Origin: Coprococcus sp.
Lineage (GTDB): Bacteria > Bacillota > Clostridia > Lachnospirales > Lachnospiraceae
DNA: 64,000 bases
Direction of reading: 5' to 3'
Assembly (NCBI GenBank): GCA_022793995.1
Contig: JAAWDY010000011.1
Span: 49,596-113,595 of the forward strand
In this document: in pieces, positions 1-8,870 of the stretch
How the letters are laid out: every line of letters starts with the position of its first letter
Position numbering within the stretch: position 1 is the stretch's first letter
The notes under the pieces: generated by a model
Told to the model about the DNA's origin: nothing
Seen by the model: the letters and a program-made list of their open reading frames with translations, nothing else
The model's database searches: none
Position numbers and translations under genes: made by a program

Positions 1-1
1 A

Positions 2-136
2 CAAGTAACGTTGTATGTAATGGCGAGGGACGCAATGGGGATTGTCGGTATTGATATGGAAGATGATGGGGAAATCTTACCGGAGCCGACAGCAATATCA
101 GAGGTAAAGGGTGATTCGGCGGCGGATATTGTATGA
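2..136 (+). CDS. 3' end of an unidentified CDS entering from upstream (ends ...EVKGDSAADIV*)
   Basis: Frame 2 is open from the window edge to TGA at 134-136. Forty-four residues are too few to assign a family. Confidence 0.3.
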   Translation, partial: QVTLYVMARDAMGIVGIDMEDDGEILPEPTAISEVKGDSAADIV

Positions 137-545
137 GTTTAAAGCCTTTATAGCGCGTGGCAACGTTATGGAGATGGCGGTCGGTATCATTATAGGCGGT
201 GCATTCACGAGCATCGTGACATCTCTGGTGGAGGATATCATCAACCCGCTACTGGGACTTTTTGGGGGGATGAATTTCGACCAGTTGCATGTGAAACTGC
301 TTGGCGAGGTCACGCTGAACTATGGGAAATTCATCACTGCTGTCGTGAATTTTCTCATCATGGCGTTTATTGTATTCCTGCTCATGAAGGCGGTAAACCG
401 TATGGGGGACAAGCTTATAAAAAAGCAAGCGGAAGAAGCGGTGGTGCCGACGACAAAGAAATGTCCGTTCTGTAAAAGCGAGATCGCGGTTGACGCGACA
501 AGGTGTCCGCATTATACTTCGGCGCTCGAGGTGGCGGATGAATGA
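111..545 (+). CDS. mscL: Large-conductance mechanosensitive channel MscL with a short Cys-rich C-terminal tail
   Basis: EFKAFIARGNVMEMAVGIIIGGAF matches the MscL N-terminus/TM1 signature and the size is right (~144 aa). GTG start with GAGG 6 nt upstream. Tail is CPFC-x11-CPHY. Confidence 0.85.
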   Translation: MIRRRILYEFKAFIARGNVMEMAVGIIIGGAFTSIVTSLVEDIINPLLGLFGGMNFDQLHVKLLGEVTLNYGKFITAVVNFLIMAFIVFLLMKAVNRMGDKLIKKQAEEAVVPTTKKCPFCKSEIAVDATRCPHYTSALEVADE

Positions 546-644
546 GCGTATATGGATTGCGGGAACCGGAGGTTATTGATATGGAAGTGGCGTTTTGCAT
601 TAATCACTATCGGGGTTAGAATAACACCGATGGCGTTACTGGCA

Positions 645-677
645 GAAAAAGATGGCTGTTTTCAGCCATCTTTTTCT
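645..677. terminator. Bidirectional rho-independent terminator between mscL and the convergent ATPase gene
   Basis: AAAAAGATGGCTG-tttt-CAGCCATCTTTTT: a perfect 12-13 bp stem flanked by A and T tracts. Confidence 0.8.
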
Positions 678-702
678 GTGCAATATTTTTTATATGTTTG
701 TT

Positions 703-1125
703 TTAATTCAATATCTGGCATCCGTCCATGTTGACATCTGACAACTGGTCGTTGGTAGCGCTGACGCTGATAAAGAACTCAATACCGCAGTCATTCGAGA
801 TCTTTTTCAGTTTTTCTATAAAGCCGGGAATGTTCTCAAGCGTGATATTGGCATGTTTCAAGATTCCATCAATAAAGATCGCCTGGATATCATGATCTGC
901 GCTTGTCATGCCATAGATAAAACCGAGGTATTCGTCGATGTTGCTGATTACTCCATAGTCGTCCATGCAGATTGCACGTATATTAAAAGATAAGCTGTAT
1001 GTATCGCGATGACTCTTCTTAATAAAGAAAATATGTCCGTCGCAAGTCTTCACCACTTCATTTGCCCGCGTAATCATTTGCTGCGTTTTACCGCTCCCCT
1101 TTGGTCCTGTCAATAAATTAACCAT
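703..1125 (-). CDS. Small (~140 aa) stand-alone P-loop NTPase, family not recognised
   Basis: Walker A GPKGSGKT and Walker B-like AIFIDG. Start placed at internal MVNLL (1125), which has AAGGAG about 10 nt upstream; the longer ORF reaches 1194. Confidence 0.6.
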   Translation of the reverse strand: MVNLLTGPKGSGKTQQMITRANEVVKTCDGHIFFIKKSHRDTYSLSFNIRAICMDDYGVISNIDEYLGFIYGMTSADHDIQAIFIDGILKHANITLENIPGFIEKLKKISNDCGIEFFISVSATNDQLSDVNMDGCQILN

Positions 1126-1315
1126 ATCTACAAGTCTCCTTTGCAGTGTATTTTGTACTAAAATGGTACGTGTTTTCTGTCTCCTATTATACACGAATCA
1201 CAAATGAGAAACAACCCATTTGTTTGCAACTTTTTATGAATTGTGATAGTATAACTTAACGAAAGGAATAAAACACCGGATTCTGGAAAAAATGGATGAG
1301 AAAGGAAGAATCAAA

Positions 1316-2413
1316 ATGACGAAGGTAGATATTATTTCCGGCTTTTTGGGAGCTGGAAAAACAACGTTTATTAAAAAGCTGATCGATGAAGTGTTCCAGG
1401 GTGAAAAGCTGGTACTCATCGAGAATGAATTTGGCGAGATCGGGATCGATGGAGGATTTTTGAAGGACGCCGGGGTGGAGATCACAGAGATGAATTCAGG
1501 GTGTATCTGCTGTACACTGGTTGGAGATTTCAGCAAAGCGCTCCAGCAGGTATTGGCCGAGTACCATCCGGACCGGGTTCTTATCGAGCCTTCGGGGGTG
1601 GGGAAGCTTTCTGACGTGGCGAAAGCAATCGAAGGAGTACAAAAGGAAGCTGAGATCGAGATTGACGGTAGAATCACTGTGGTAGATGGGAAAAAGGCAA
1701 AGATATATTTGAAGAACTTCGGTGAATTTTTCAGCAATCAGGTGGAACATGCCTCAACTCTCGTGATTAGCCGGACACAGATGATGACGGATGAGAAGAT
1801 AGAGGAATGCGTGCATCTGCTTCGGGAGCAGAATGAGAAAGCGGCGATCATTACAACCCCATGGGAACATTTGGGGAAAGTGGCTATTCTCCACGCATTG
1901 GAAGAAGGCGCTGAGATCGAAGGGCTGTTGGAAGAACACGGACATAGAGAAAATTGTGGATGCGGCCATCACCGTCACGAACATGGTGAGCACGGCGGAG
2001 AATGCGGATGCGGCCATCATCATGAGCACGGTGGAGAATGTGGATGCGGTCATCACCATGGGCATGGGGAAGAATGCGGATGCGGTCATCACCATCATGA
2101 GCATGATGGACATTGTCACGAGGGGCATCATCACGCGGATGAAGTGTTTTCAAGCTGGGGAAAGGAAACGGTCCATAAGTATTCAAAGACAGAGATGGAT
2201 TATATCTTAAAGGTATTGTCAGAGACGGACGGCTGCGGGGAGATCCTGCGGGCCAAAGGAATCGTGCAGATGGAGGACGGCTCCTGGAAACAGTTCGACA
2301 TGGTTCCTGGAGAGCATGAGGTACGTATCGGACGGCCGGATTACACGGGAAGGGTCTGCGTGATCGGGACGGACTTAATTGAAGAAGAATTAAGGAAGCT
2401 TTTCCATATCTGA
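1316..2413 (+). CDS. COG0523/CobW-family metallochaperone GTPase with a His/Cys-rich insert
   Basis: P-loop GFLGAGKTTF, CxCC motif GCICCTL, and a C-terminal CobW_C-like segment. Start at MTKVD with AAAGGAAG upstream. Confidence 0.8.
   Translation: MTKVDIISGFLGAGKTTFIKKLIDEVFQGEKLVLIENEFGEIGIDGGFLKDAGVEITEMNSGCICCTLVGDFSKALQQVLAEYHPDRVLIEPSGVGKLSDVAKAIEGVQKEAEIEIDGRITVVDGKKAKIYLKNFGEFFSNQVEHASTLVISRTQMMTDEKIEECVHLLREQNEKAAIITTPWEHLGKVAILHALEEGAEIEGLLEEHGHRENCGCGHHRHEHGEHGGECGCGHHHEHGGECGCGHHHGHGEECGCGHHHHEHDGHCHEGHHHADEVFSSWGKETVHKYSKTEMDYILKVLSETDGCGEILRAKGIVQMEDGSWKQFDMVPGEHEVRIGRPDYTGRVCVIGTDLIEEELRKLFHI
1951..2130 (+). repeat. In-frame tandem DNA repeats (~36-39 nt) encoding four (G/E)-E-C-G-C-G-H-H-H-type units
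   Basis: Protein reads NCGCGHHRHEHGEHG GECGCGHHHEHG GECGCGHHHGHG EECGCGHHHHEHDGHCHEGHHH. The DNA units gaatgYggatgcggYcatcaYcat recur. Confidence 0.85.
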
Positions 2414-2450
2414 TAAAGGAAGAGTGAGTAGATCGCAGGAGGAAAACGAG

Positions 2451-3392
2451 ATGACTACACCGGTATATATCTGTACAGGATTTCTGGACAGCGGGAAGAC
2501 CACGTTCGTCAAGGACACTCTGATGAAACAGGACTGGATCGAGGAAGGTCCCACGCTTCTGCTCCTATGTGAAGAGGGGGAAGAGGAGTACACAGAAGAG
2601 TATTTGGATGAGAATGGAATGTTTCTATTTCAAATAGAAGAAAGGGAGCAGCTGAATCCGGACTTTTTCAGAAACTGCGAGCGTATTTACCATCCATGCC
2701 AGATTGTGATCGAATATAACGGTATGTGGGAGCTAAAGGAGATCCTGGATGAAGATTTTCCGGAGAATTGGGAGATTCAGGGCGTGTATTCCACGGTAAA
2801 TGGGGAGACTTTGGACATTTATCTGAAAAATATGCGCAATATGCTAATGAATCATCTGATCGCGTCGGAGCTTATCGTGGTGAATCGATGCGGGGAAGGA
2901 ACGAATCGCTCGGCGTTCCGCAGGGCGGTGAAGATTCAAAACCCGATGGCACAGCTCCTTTTTGAGGGGACGGATGGGAATATCATCCCGCAGACAGAAG
3001 AGGACCTGCCTTATGACGTCAAGGCAGACAGGATCGAAGTGGAAGATATGGATTTCGGAATCTGGTATGTGGATGCATATGAACGTCCCCAGCGCTATAT
3101 TGATAAAGAGATCACTTTTTTGTCGCAGACATTCCGGCCAAAAGGGATGCCGCAGGGCCTAATGATCCCGGGACGGCAGATCATGGCCTGTTGCGCGGAG
3201 GATATCCGTTTTTATGGATATCCCTGCAAGGTGGAAAAGGAGAGTTATTTTGAGCAGAGAGGATGGGCGAGGGTAACGGTTCGGTTTGCGTATGAGTCTG
3301 TCCGTCATTTTGCGCCGAAGCAGCCCATCCTTTATCTTTTAAAGATCCAAAAGGCAGAACGGCCGGAGAATGAAGTGGTTTTTCTGGGATAA
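2451..3392 (+). CDS. CobW-like P-loop GTPase paralog lacking the CxCC motif
   Basis: TGFLDSGKTTFVKD P-loop near the N-terminus and no CxCC. AGGAGG lies upstream of the internal ATG at 2451. Sits 38 nt after the first GTPase gene. Confidence 0.6.
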   Translation: MTTPVYICTGFLDSGKTTFVKDTLMKQDWIEEGPTLLLLCEEGEEEYTEEYLDENGMFLFQIEEREQLNPDFFRNCERIYHPCQIVIEYNGMWELKEILDEDFPENWEIQGVYSTVNGETLDIYLKNMRNMLMNHLIASELIVVNRCGEGTNRSAFRRAVKIQNPMAQLLFEGTDGNIIPQTEEDLPYDVKADRIEVEDMDFGIWYVDAYERPQRYIDKEITFLSQTFRPKGMPQGLMIPGRQIMACCAEDIRFYGYPCKVEKESYFEQRGWARVTVRFAYESVRHFAPKQPILYLLKIQKAERPENEVVFLG

Positions 3393-3407
3393 AGGAGAGC
3401 AAGGCTC

Positions 3408-3436
3408 TTGACGGGAAGAAGGATTCTTCTTATAAT
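3408..3436 (+). promoter_or_regulatory. Sigma-70-type promoter for leuS
   Basis: TTGACG - 17 nt - TATAAT, about 95 nt upstream of the leuS ATG. Confidence 0.6.
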
Positions 3437-3529
3437 GATGGAAGCATCCGGTGTCCCGTACACACCGGCGCGGGATCGTGAGTATTACGGCAGGATAAGT
3501 CTGCCGCTGAACATAAGGAGGAAAACAAG

Positions 3530-5956
3530 ATGGCTGTACCTTATAATCATAGGGCAATCGAGAAGAAATGGAAAGAGAGATGGGCCAAGTGCCCGGTTAA
3601 TCCAAGGACGGACGCGTCAGGGAATCCCAAACCGAAATATTATTGTCTGGATATGTTCCCGTATCCGTCGGGGAACGGGCTTCACGTGGGGCATTGGAGA
3701 GGGTATGTGATCTCTGACGTCTGGAGCCGTTATAAGCTGTTGCAGGGCTATTATCTCATCCATCCGATGGGATGGGACGCGTTCGGGCTTCCAGCTGAGA
3801 ATTATGCGATCAAGATGGGCGTGCATCCCGCAAAGTCAACCGCGGAGAACGTGGCGAATATTAAGCGGCAGATCAATGAGATTTCCGCGCTTTACGACTG
3901 GGATATGGAAGTCAATACCACGGATCCGGATTTTTATAAATGGACACAGTGGATTTTTGTAAAGATGTTTAAAGAAGGGCTGGCATATGAGAAGGAATTT
4001 CCGATCAACTGGTGTCCTTCCTGCAAGACTGGACTTGCAAACGAAGAAGTTGTAGGCGGCAAGTGTGAACGCTGCGGTGCGGAGGTAACAAAGAAGAACC
4101 TCCGTCAGTGGATGCTGCGGATTACAAAATATGCGGACCGCCTTCTGAACGACCTGGATAAGCTGGACTGGCCGGAAAAGGTGAAGAAGATGCAGACCGA
4201 TTGGATCGGAAAGTCGTATGGCGCAGAAGTGGATTTTCCGGTTGAAGGGCGCGATGAGAAGATCACTGTCTATACTACAAGACCGGATACTCTGCACGGA
4301 GCGACATTTATGGTACTGGCTCCTGAACACGAGCTGGCGGCAAGTCTTGCGAACGACGAGACGAGAGAAGCTGTGGAGAAATACATTTTCGATTCCTCCA
4401 TGAAATCGAATGTGGACCGTCTGCAGGATAAAGAAAAAACAGGCGTATTTACAGGTTCATATGCAATCAATCCTCTGAACGGCGAGAAAGTTCCAATCTG
4501 GCTCTCCGATTATGTTCTTGCAGATTACGGTACAGGCGCGATCATGTGCGTGCCGGCGCATGACGACCGTGACTTTGAATTTGCGACCAAGTTCGGAATA
4601 CCGATTATCCAGGTAATCGCAAAAGACGGAAAAGAGATCGAGAATATGACGGAAGCGTATACGGAAGCTGCGGGAACCATGATCAATTCCGGGGAATGGA
4701 ACGGAATGGAATCTGCAGTTCTGAAGAAGGAGGCGCCTCATATCATTGAAAAGAGGGGACTTGGACGTGCGACCGTAAATTATAAGCTCCGCGACTGGGT
4801 GTTCTCCCGCCAGAGATACTGGGGAGAGCCGATTCCAATCATACACTGTCCGGACTGCGGCGTTGTGCCGGTGCCGGAGGAGGAGCTTCCGCTCACCCTT
4901 CCGGACGTAGAATCTTATGAACCTACAGGAACAGGGGAATCTCCTCTGGCTGCGATTGACGAGTGGGTGAACACGACTTGTCCGGTGTGCGGAGGTCCCG
5001 CGAAACGCGAGACAAATACCATGCCGCAGTGGGCAGGTTCTTCCTGGTATTTCCTGCGCTATGTGGATAATCATAATAAGGAAGAACTGGTATCCCGCGA
5101 GAAAGCCGACGCGATGCTGCCGGTTGATATGTACATCGGAGGCGTGGAACATGCGGTGCTCCACCTTCTGTACTCCCGTTTCTACACTAAGTTCCTCTAT
5201 GATATCGGCGTGGTAGACTTTGACGAGCCGTTCCACAAACTGTTTAACCAGGGGATGATTACCGGGAAAAACGGAGTGAAGATGAGCAAATCGAAAGGGA
5301 ACGTGGTATCCCCGGACGATTTGGTACGTGATTATGGCTGCGACTCCCTTCGGATGTATGAACTGTTCGTTGGTCCTCCAGAGTTGGATGCTGAGTGGGA
5401 CGACCGTGGGATCGACGGTGTATATCGTTTCCTTAAGAAGCTCTGGAATCTGCTGATGGAGAGCAAGGACAAGGATATAAAGGCGACAAAAGAGATGCTT
5501 AAGGTGCGCAATAAGCTGATCTATGATGTGACGACCCGTCTGGAAAGCTTCAGCCTGAACACTGTGATCTCTGCTTTCATGGAGAATACGAACAAGTTGG
5601 TGGAGATTTCCCGCAAAGAGGGCGGAATTGATAAAGAGACGCTGGATGTCCTTGCGGTTCTGCTTGCACCGTTTGCCCCGCATATGGCGGAGGAGATCTG
5701 GGAAGAACTGGGAGGTACTGAGACAGTGTTTGCAGCTGGATGGCCGAAGTATGACGAGGCGGCGATGAAGGATGATGAGATCGAGATCCCTGTCCAGATC
5801 AACGGCAAGACCAGGGCGGTAGTGACGATTTCGGCGGAGGCAACAAAGGAAGAGGCGATCGCCGCGGCGAAAGAAGCAGTTGCGGATAAGCTTACGGGAA
5901 CGATCATAAAAGAGATCTATGTGCCTAAGAAGATCGTGAATATTGTTCAAAAATAG
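3530..5956 (+). CDS. leuS: Leucyl-tRNA synthetase
   Basis: 808 aa. HIGH-type motif (PYPSGNGLHVGH), KMSKS motif (VKMSKSKGN), and a CP1 editing-domain layout typical of bacterial LeuRS. Confidence 0.97.
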   Translation: MAVPYNHRAIEKKWKERWAKCPVNPRTDASGNPKPKYYCLDMFPYPSGNGLHVGHWRGYVISDVWSRYKLLQGYYLIHPMGWDAFGLPAENYAIKMGVHPAKSTAENVANIKRQINEISALYDWDMEVNTTDPDFYKWTQWIFVKMFKEGLAYEKEFPINWCPSCKTGLANEEVVGGKCERCGAEVTKKNLRQWMLRITKYADRLLNDLDKLDWPEKVKKMQTDWIGKSYGAEVDFPVEGRDEKITVYTTRPDTLHGATFMVLAPEHELAASLANDETREAVEKYIFDSSMKSNVDRLQDKEKTGVFTGSYAINPLNGEKVPIWLSDYVLADYGTGAIMCVPAHDDRDFEFATKFGIPIIQVIAKDGKEIENMTEAYTEAAGTMINSGEWNGMESAVLKKEAPHIIEKRGLGRATVNYKLRDWVFSRQRYWGEPIPIIHCPDCGVVPVPEEELPLTLPDVESYEPTGTGESPLAAIDEWVNTTCPVCGGPAKRETNTMPQWAGSSWYFLRYVDNHNKEELVSREKADAMLPVDMYIGGVEHAVLHLLYSRFYTKFLYDIGVVDFDEPFHKLFNQGMITGKNGVKMSKSKGNVVSPDDLVRDYGCDSLRMYELFVGPPELDAEWDDRGIDGVYRFLKKLWNLLMESKDKDIKATKEMLKVRNKLIYDVTTRLESFSLNTVISAFMENTNKLVEISRKEGGIDKETLDVLAVLLAPFAPHMAEEIWEELGGTETVFAAGWPKYDEAAMKDDEIEIPVQINGKTRAVVTISAEATKEEAIAAAKEAVADKLTGTIIKEIYVPKKIVNIVQK

Positions 5957-5970
5957 GCAGTGCGAATAAA

Positions 5971-6025
5971 ATGAGCGGTAGATCTCTGAATGCAAGCATA
6001 CAAGGAGAGATACCGCTCATTTTAT
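5971..6025 (+). terminator. Probable leuS terminator
   Basis: ATGAGCGGTA ... TACCGCTCAT 10-bp stem followed by TTTAT. The loop is long (~30 nt). Confidence 0.5.
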
Positions 6026-6156
6026 GCATAGGACGAATGCCCGTCAAGCGAGTGAACTGGTTCACGAGCTTGACAGCACTGCCGAAAGTAAGGAGTGACT
6101 TAAGACAAGAAAATCCAAAGAAATTTTTGTTGTTGAAAGAGATTGGGGTAGAAATT

Positions 6157-7383
6157 ATGGGGAATGTAAAGAGAAGATATTACATGGACATTTATCTACA
6201 GGACAGTGTGAAAGGCGCGAAAGCGCCGAATATGCTGAATGAAGAAGCCGCCCAAGAAGTTGCCGTTTTTCACAAAGGCATTCCGGAATATCGGGAAACC
6301 CCGCTGGTGTATCTGGAAGATTTAAGCAAAGAGCTGAAAGTAAAAGGAATCTACATAAAAGATGAATCAACAAGGTTTGGACTGAAAGCATTTAAAGGGC
6401 TGGGCGGAACCTACGCAATGTTCCGTATTTTGTGCAGAGAGCTGGGGCTTGACCCAAAGGAAACAGAATTTCTGGATTTTCAGAAGCCGGAGATAAAAAG
6501 GAAAACGGCCAAGATTACTTTTGTCACGGCAACGGATGGGAATCATGGAAAAGGGGTGTCCTGGGCCGCAGGGCTTTTTGGGTGCAGGGCTTATGTATTT
6601 ATGCCGGAAGGCTCTTCCAAGAGCCGCGCCCAGGCAATCCGCGACGCGGGTCCAGCGGAGGTGGAGATCAGGGACACCAATTATGACAAGACGGTAGAAT
6701 TTGCAAGAACAATGAGCGAGGAGAACGGATGGTTCCTGATCCAGGATACAGCCTGGGATGGTTATGAGGAGGTTCCATGGTGGATCATTCAAGGATACCT
6801 GACAATGGCGCAGGAGGCCGTTCGACAGATCGAAAGACGGAACGTACGTCCGACCCACGTCTTCCTTCAGGCAGGGGTGGGCGCAATGGCGGGCACGGTG
6901 GCAGGATATGCGGCTAATTATTATGGAGAATATTGTCCGGTCATCTCACTTGTGGAGCCGGAGGAAGCCGCCTGCTTTTTCCTTTCTGCAAAACAAGGGG
7001 ACGGAGGGATTCATTCTACCCAGGGAAATCCGCGGACCATCATGGCGGGGCTGAATTGCGGGACCCCGTGTAAAAATATATGGCCGATTCTGCGGGACGG
7101 TGCGTCCGGTTATTTTGCATGTCCGGATTTTGTGGCGGCGCATGGTATGAGGACATATGCGTTTCCTTCAGGAAAAGATGAAAAAATCATTTCCGGCGAA
7201 TCCGGAGCATCGACGCTGGGCCTCGTGTCCCTTTTGCTAAAGAAGGAAGAACTATTGGATGTGAAAGAGGCGTTGGGGCTTGACGAAGATTCAGAGATTC
7301 TTCTCTTTAATACAGAAGGAGATACAGATCCAGACTGTTATCGTCGGGTTGTGGAAGAAGGAGCATATCCAGTTCCAGAATAA
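6157..7383 (+). CDS. dpaL: Diaminopropionate ammonia-lyase (PLP-dependent, YgeX-like)
   Basis: Matches remembered YgeX blocks: KDESTRFGLKAFKGLGG, TATDGNHGKGVSWAA, IQDTAWDGYEEVPWWIIQGY, IISGESGA, NTEGDTDPDCYRRVV. Start at the internal ATG at 6157. Confidence 0.8.
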   Translation: MGNVKRRYYMDIYLQDSVKGAKAPNMLNEEAAQEVAVFHKGIPEYRETPLVYLEDLSKELKVKGIYIKDESTRFGLKAFKGLGGTYAMFRILCRELGLDPKETEFLDFQKPEIKRKTAKITFVTATDGNHGKGVSWAAGLFGCRAYVFMPEGSSKSRAQAIRDAGPAEVEIRDTNYDKTVEFARTMSEENGWFLIQDTAWDGYEEVPWWIIQGYLTMAQEAVRQIERRNVRPTHVFLQAGVGAMAGTVAGYAANYYGEYCPVISLVEPEEAACFFLSAKQGDGGIHSTQGNPRTIMAGLNCGTPCKNIWPILRDGASGYFACPDFVAAHGMRTYAFPSGKDEKIISGESGASTLGLVSLLLKKEELLDVKEALGLDEDSEILLFNTEGDTDPDCYRRVVEEGAYPVPE

Positions 7384-7420
7384 ACAGTGGGAATGGGATT
7401 CAAAAGAGCGGGAGGATAGG

Positions 7421-8713
7421 ATGGAAACAAAGAAAAAATATGCTTTGTGGAATGGGATTATATTAAATGGAACGAAAGAGATGATTCCCGAGAAGAGTAA
7501 AACGGTTCTTGTAGAAGGGAAGAAGATCGAGGATATCGTGGACGGTCGCGGCTGCCCGGCGGGATATTCGGTCATTGATCTCAAGGGAAAATACATTCTT
7601 CCGGGGCTCATCAACATGCATGTACATTTACCGGCCACGGGAAAGCCGAAAAAGAAGGCGTCCGACCCTAAGAAATTAGTGAAGCTGATTACAAGAAACA
7701 AACTTACGAATAAGCTGGGGATACGTCTGTGCGCGGGATATGCAAAGACGGAACTTCTCAGCGGAGTGACGACGATCCGTACGGTGGGTGGAGTCGCAGA
7801 TTATGACACAGCGATCCGGGATATGGTGGAGCGGGGGGAATTACAAGGCCCCAGGGTCATTGCCTCCAATATGGCGGTATCCGTCCCAGGCGGACATATG
7901 GCAGGTTCACTGGCTTACGAGGCAAAAAGCAGTGAGGAAGCAGCAAAGTATGTGGAACTCATCGCCAGAGACAAGCCGGACCTGATTAAATTAATGATTA
8001 CCGGCGGCGTGATGGATGCCGAGGTTGTGGGAGAGCCGGGAGTCCTGCGGATGCCGCCCGAATATATCAAAGCAGCTTGCGACAAAGCCCATGAGCTGGG
8101 GATGAAGGTTGCTGCCCATGTAGAAAGCCCAGATGGCGTTCTTGCGGCGCTTGAAAATGGCGTGGATTCCATTGAGCACGGCGCCAGGCCGACGGAAGAG
8201 ATCATCCGGCTATTGAAGGAAAAGAAGGCGTACCAGATTTCCACGATTTCTCCCGCGCTTCCTTATGCTCTTTTTGATCGAAGTATTTCTCACGCCACAT
8301 ATGAGCAAAAAGAGAATGGAAAGATTGTATTTGACGGTATTATTGAGATGGCGAAAACGTGTCTTGCAAACGGTATTCCGGTAGGGCTGGGGACTGATAC
8401 GGGCTGTCCTTATATTACACATTATGATATGTGGAGGGAACTGGTTTACTATGTGAAATACTGTAAGGTTACACCAGCATTTGCACTTTACAGCGCCACG
8501 CTGCTCAATGCCACTCTGGCAGGGATTGGAGATATAACAGGTTCCATCGAAAAGGGAAAGATGGCGGACATGATCGTCTGTGGCCGTAACCCGATGGAAG
8601 ATCTGACTGCGCTTAGAAAACTGGATATGGTGATAAAAGAGGGCGTGATAATAGAAAATCCGAAGGTTAAGAAAATGCCGGAGGTCGAAAGAGAGCTTGA
8701 CAAATTCCTGTGA
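7421..8713 (+). CDS. Metal-dependent amidohydrolase family protein (COG1228-like)
   Basis: LPGLINMHVHL metal-binding motif plus HVESPDG...IEHG and GTDTG blocks. GGAGGA RBS before the ATG at 7421. Confidence 0.75.
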   Translation: METKKKYALWNGIILNGTKEMIPEKSKTVLVEGKKIEDIVDGRGCPAGYSVIDLKGKYILPGLINMHVHLPATGKPKKKASDPKKLVKLITRNKLTNKLGIRLCAGYAKTELLSGVTTIRTVGGVADYDTAIRDMVERGELQGPRVIASNMAVSVPGGHMAGSLAYEAKSSEEAAKYVELIARDKPDLIKLMITGGVMDAEVVGEPGVLRMPPEYIKAACDKAHELGMKVAAHVESPDGVLAALENGVDSIEHGARPTEEIIRLLKEKKAYQISTISPALPYALFDRSISHATYEQKENGKIVFDGIIEMAKTCLANGIPVGLGTDTGCPYITHYDMWRELVYYVKYCKVTPAFALYSATLLNATLAGIGDITGSIEKGKMADMIVCGRNPMEDLTALRKLDMVIKEGVIIENPKVKKMPEVERELDKFL

Positions 8714-8870
8714 CAGGCGGCCGAAAGGAAACGGAATGAACCTGAACCGTAATGTGAATTGAACAAGAAAAAACTTTCATCTTTGGATAATATATTGTAT
8801 AATGGATACGAAAGTATTCCACTCATACAGTTGGAAAATATTTTGAATTAGCAGAAGGAGGAGACGAACA

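Noticed and set aside
1754-2210. Several 100-126-aa ORFs on both strands over the His/Cys repeat of the CobW-family gene.
   Set aside because: They are frame-shifted or antisense readings of the repetitive GC-rich segment inside a well-supported GTPase gene.
3393-3529. T-box leader upstream of leuS.
   Set aside because: The spacer is only ~137 nt, with a promoter at 3408-3436. I could not find the conserved T-box sequence (AANNNGGUGGUACCGCG-like), a specifier-loop layout or a terminator. Only two short hairpins are present (CCGGTGT/ACACCGG and CGGCAG/CTGCCG).
4457-5995. 512-aa ORF antisense to leuS. Similar long antisense ORFs occur elsewhere: 32307-33347 in smc, 56652-57644 in nfnB, 37514-38509 in icd, 19515-20438 in infB, 23993-24781 in ribF, 41182-41934, 45746-46471 and 34727-35425.
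   Set aside because: Each lies wholly inside a confidently identified gene on the other strand. The translations are low-complexity and Arg/Leu/His/Cys-rich with no motifs, and they lack RBS context. This is the usual shadow-ORF effect of codon bias.
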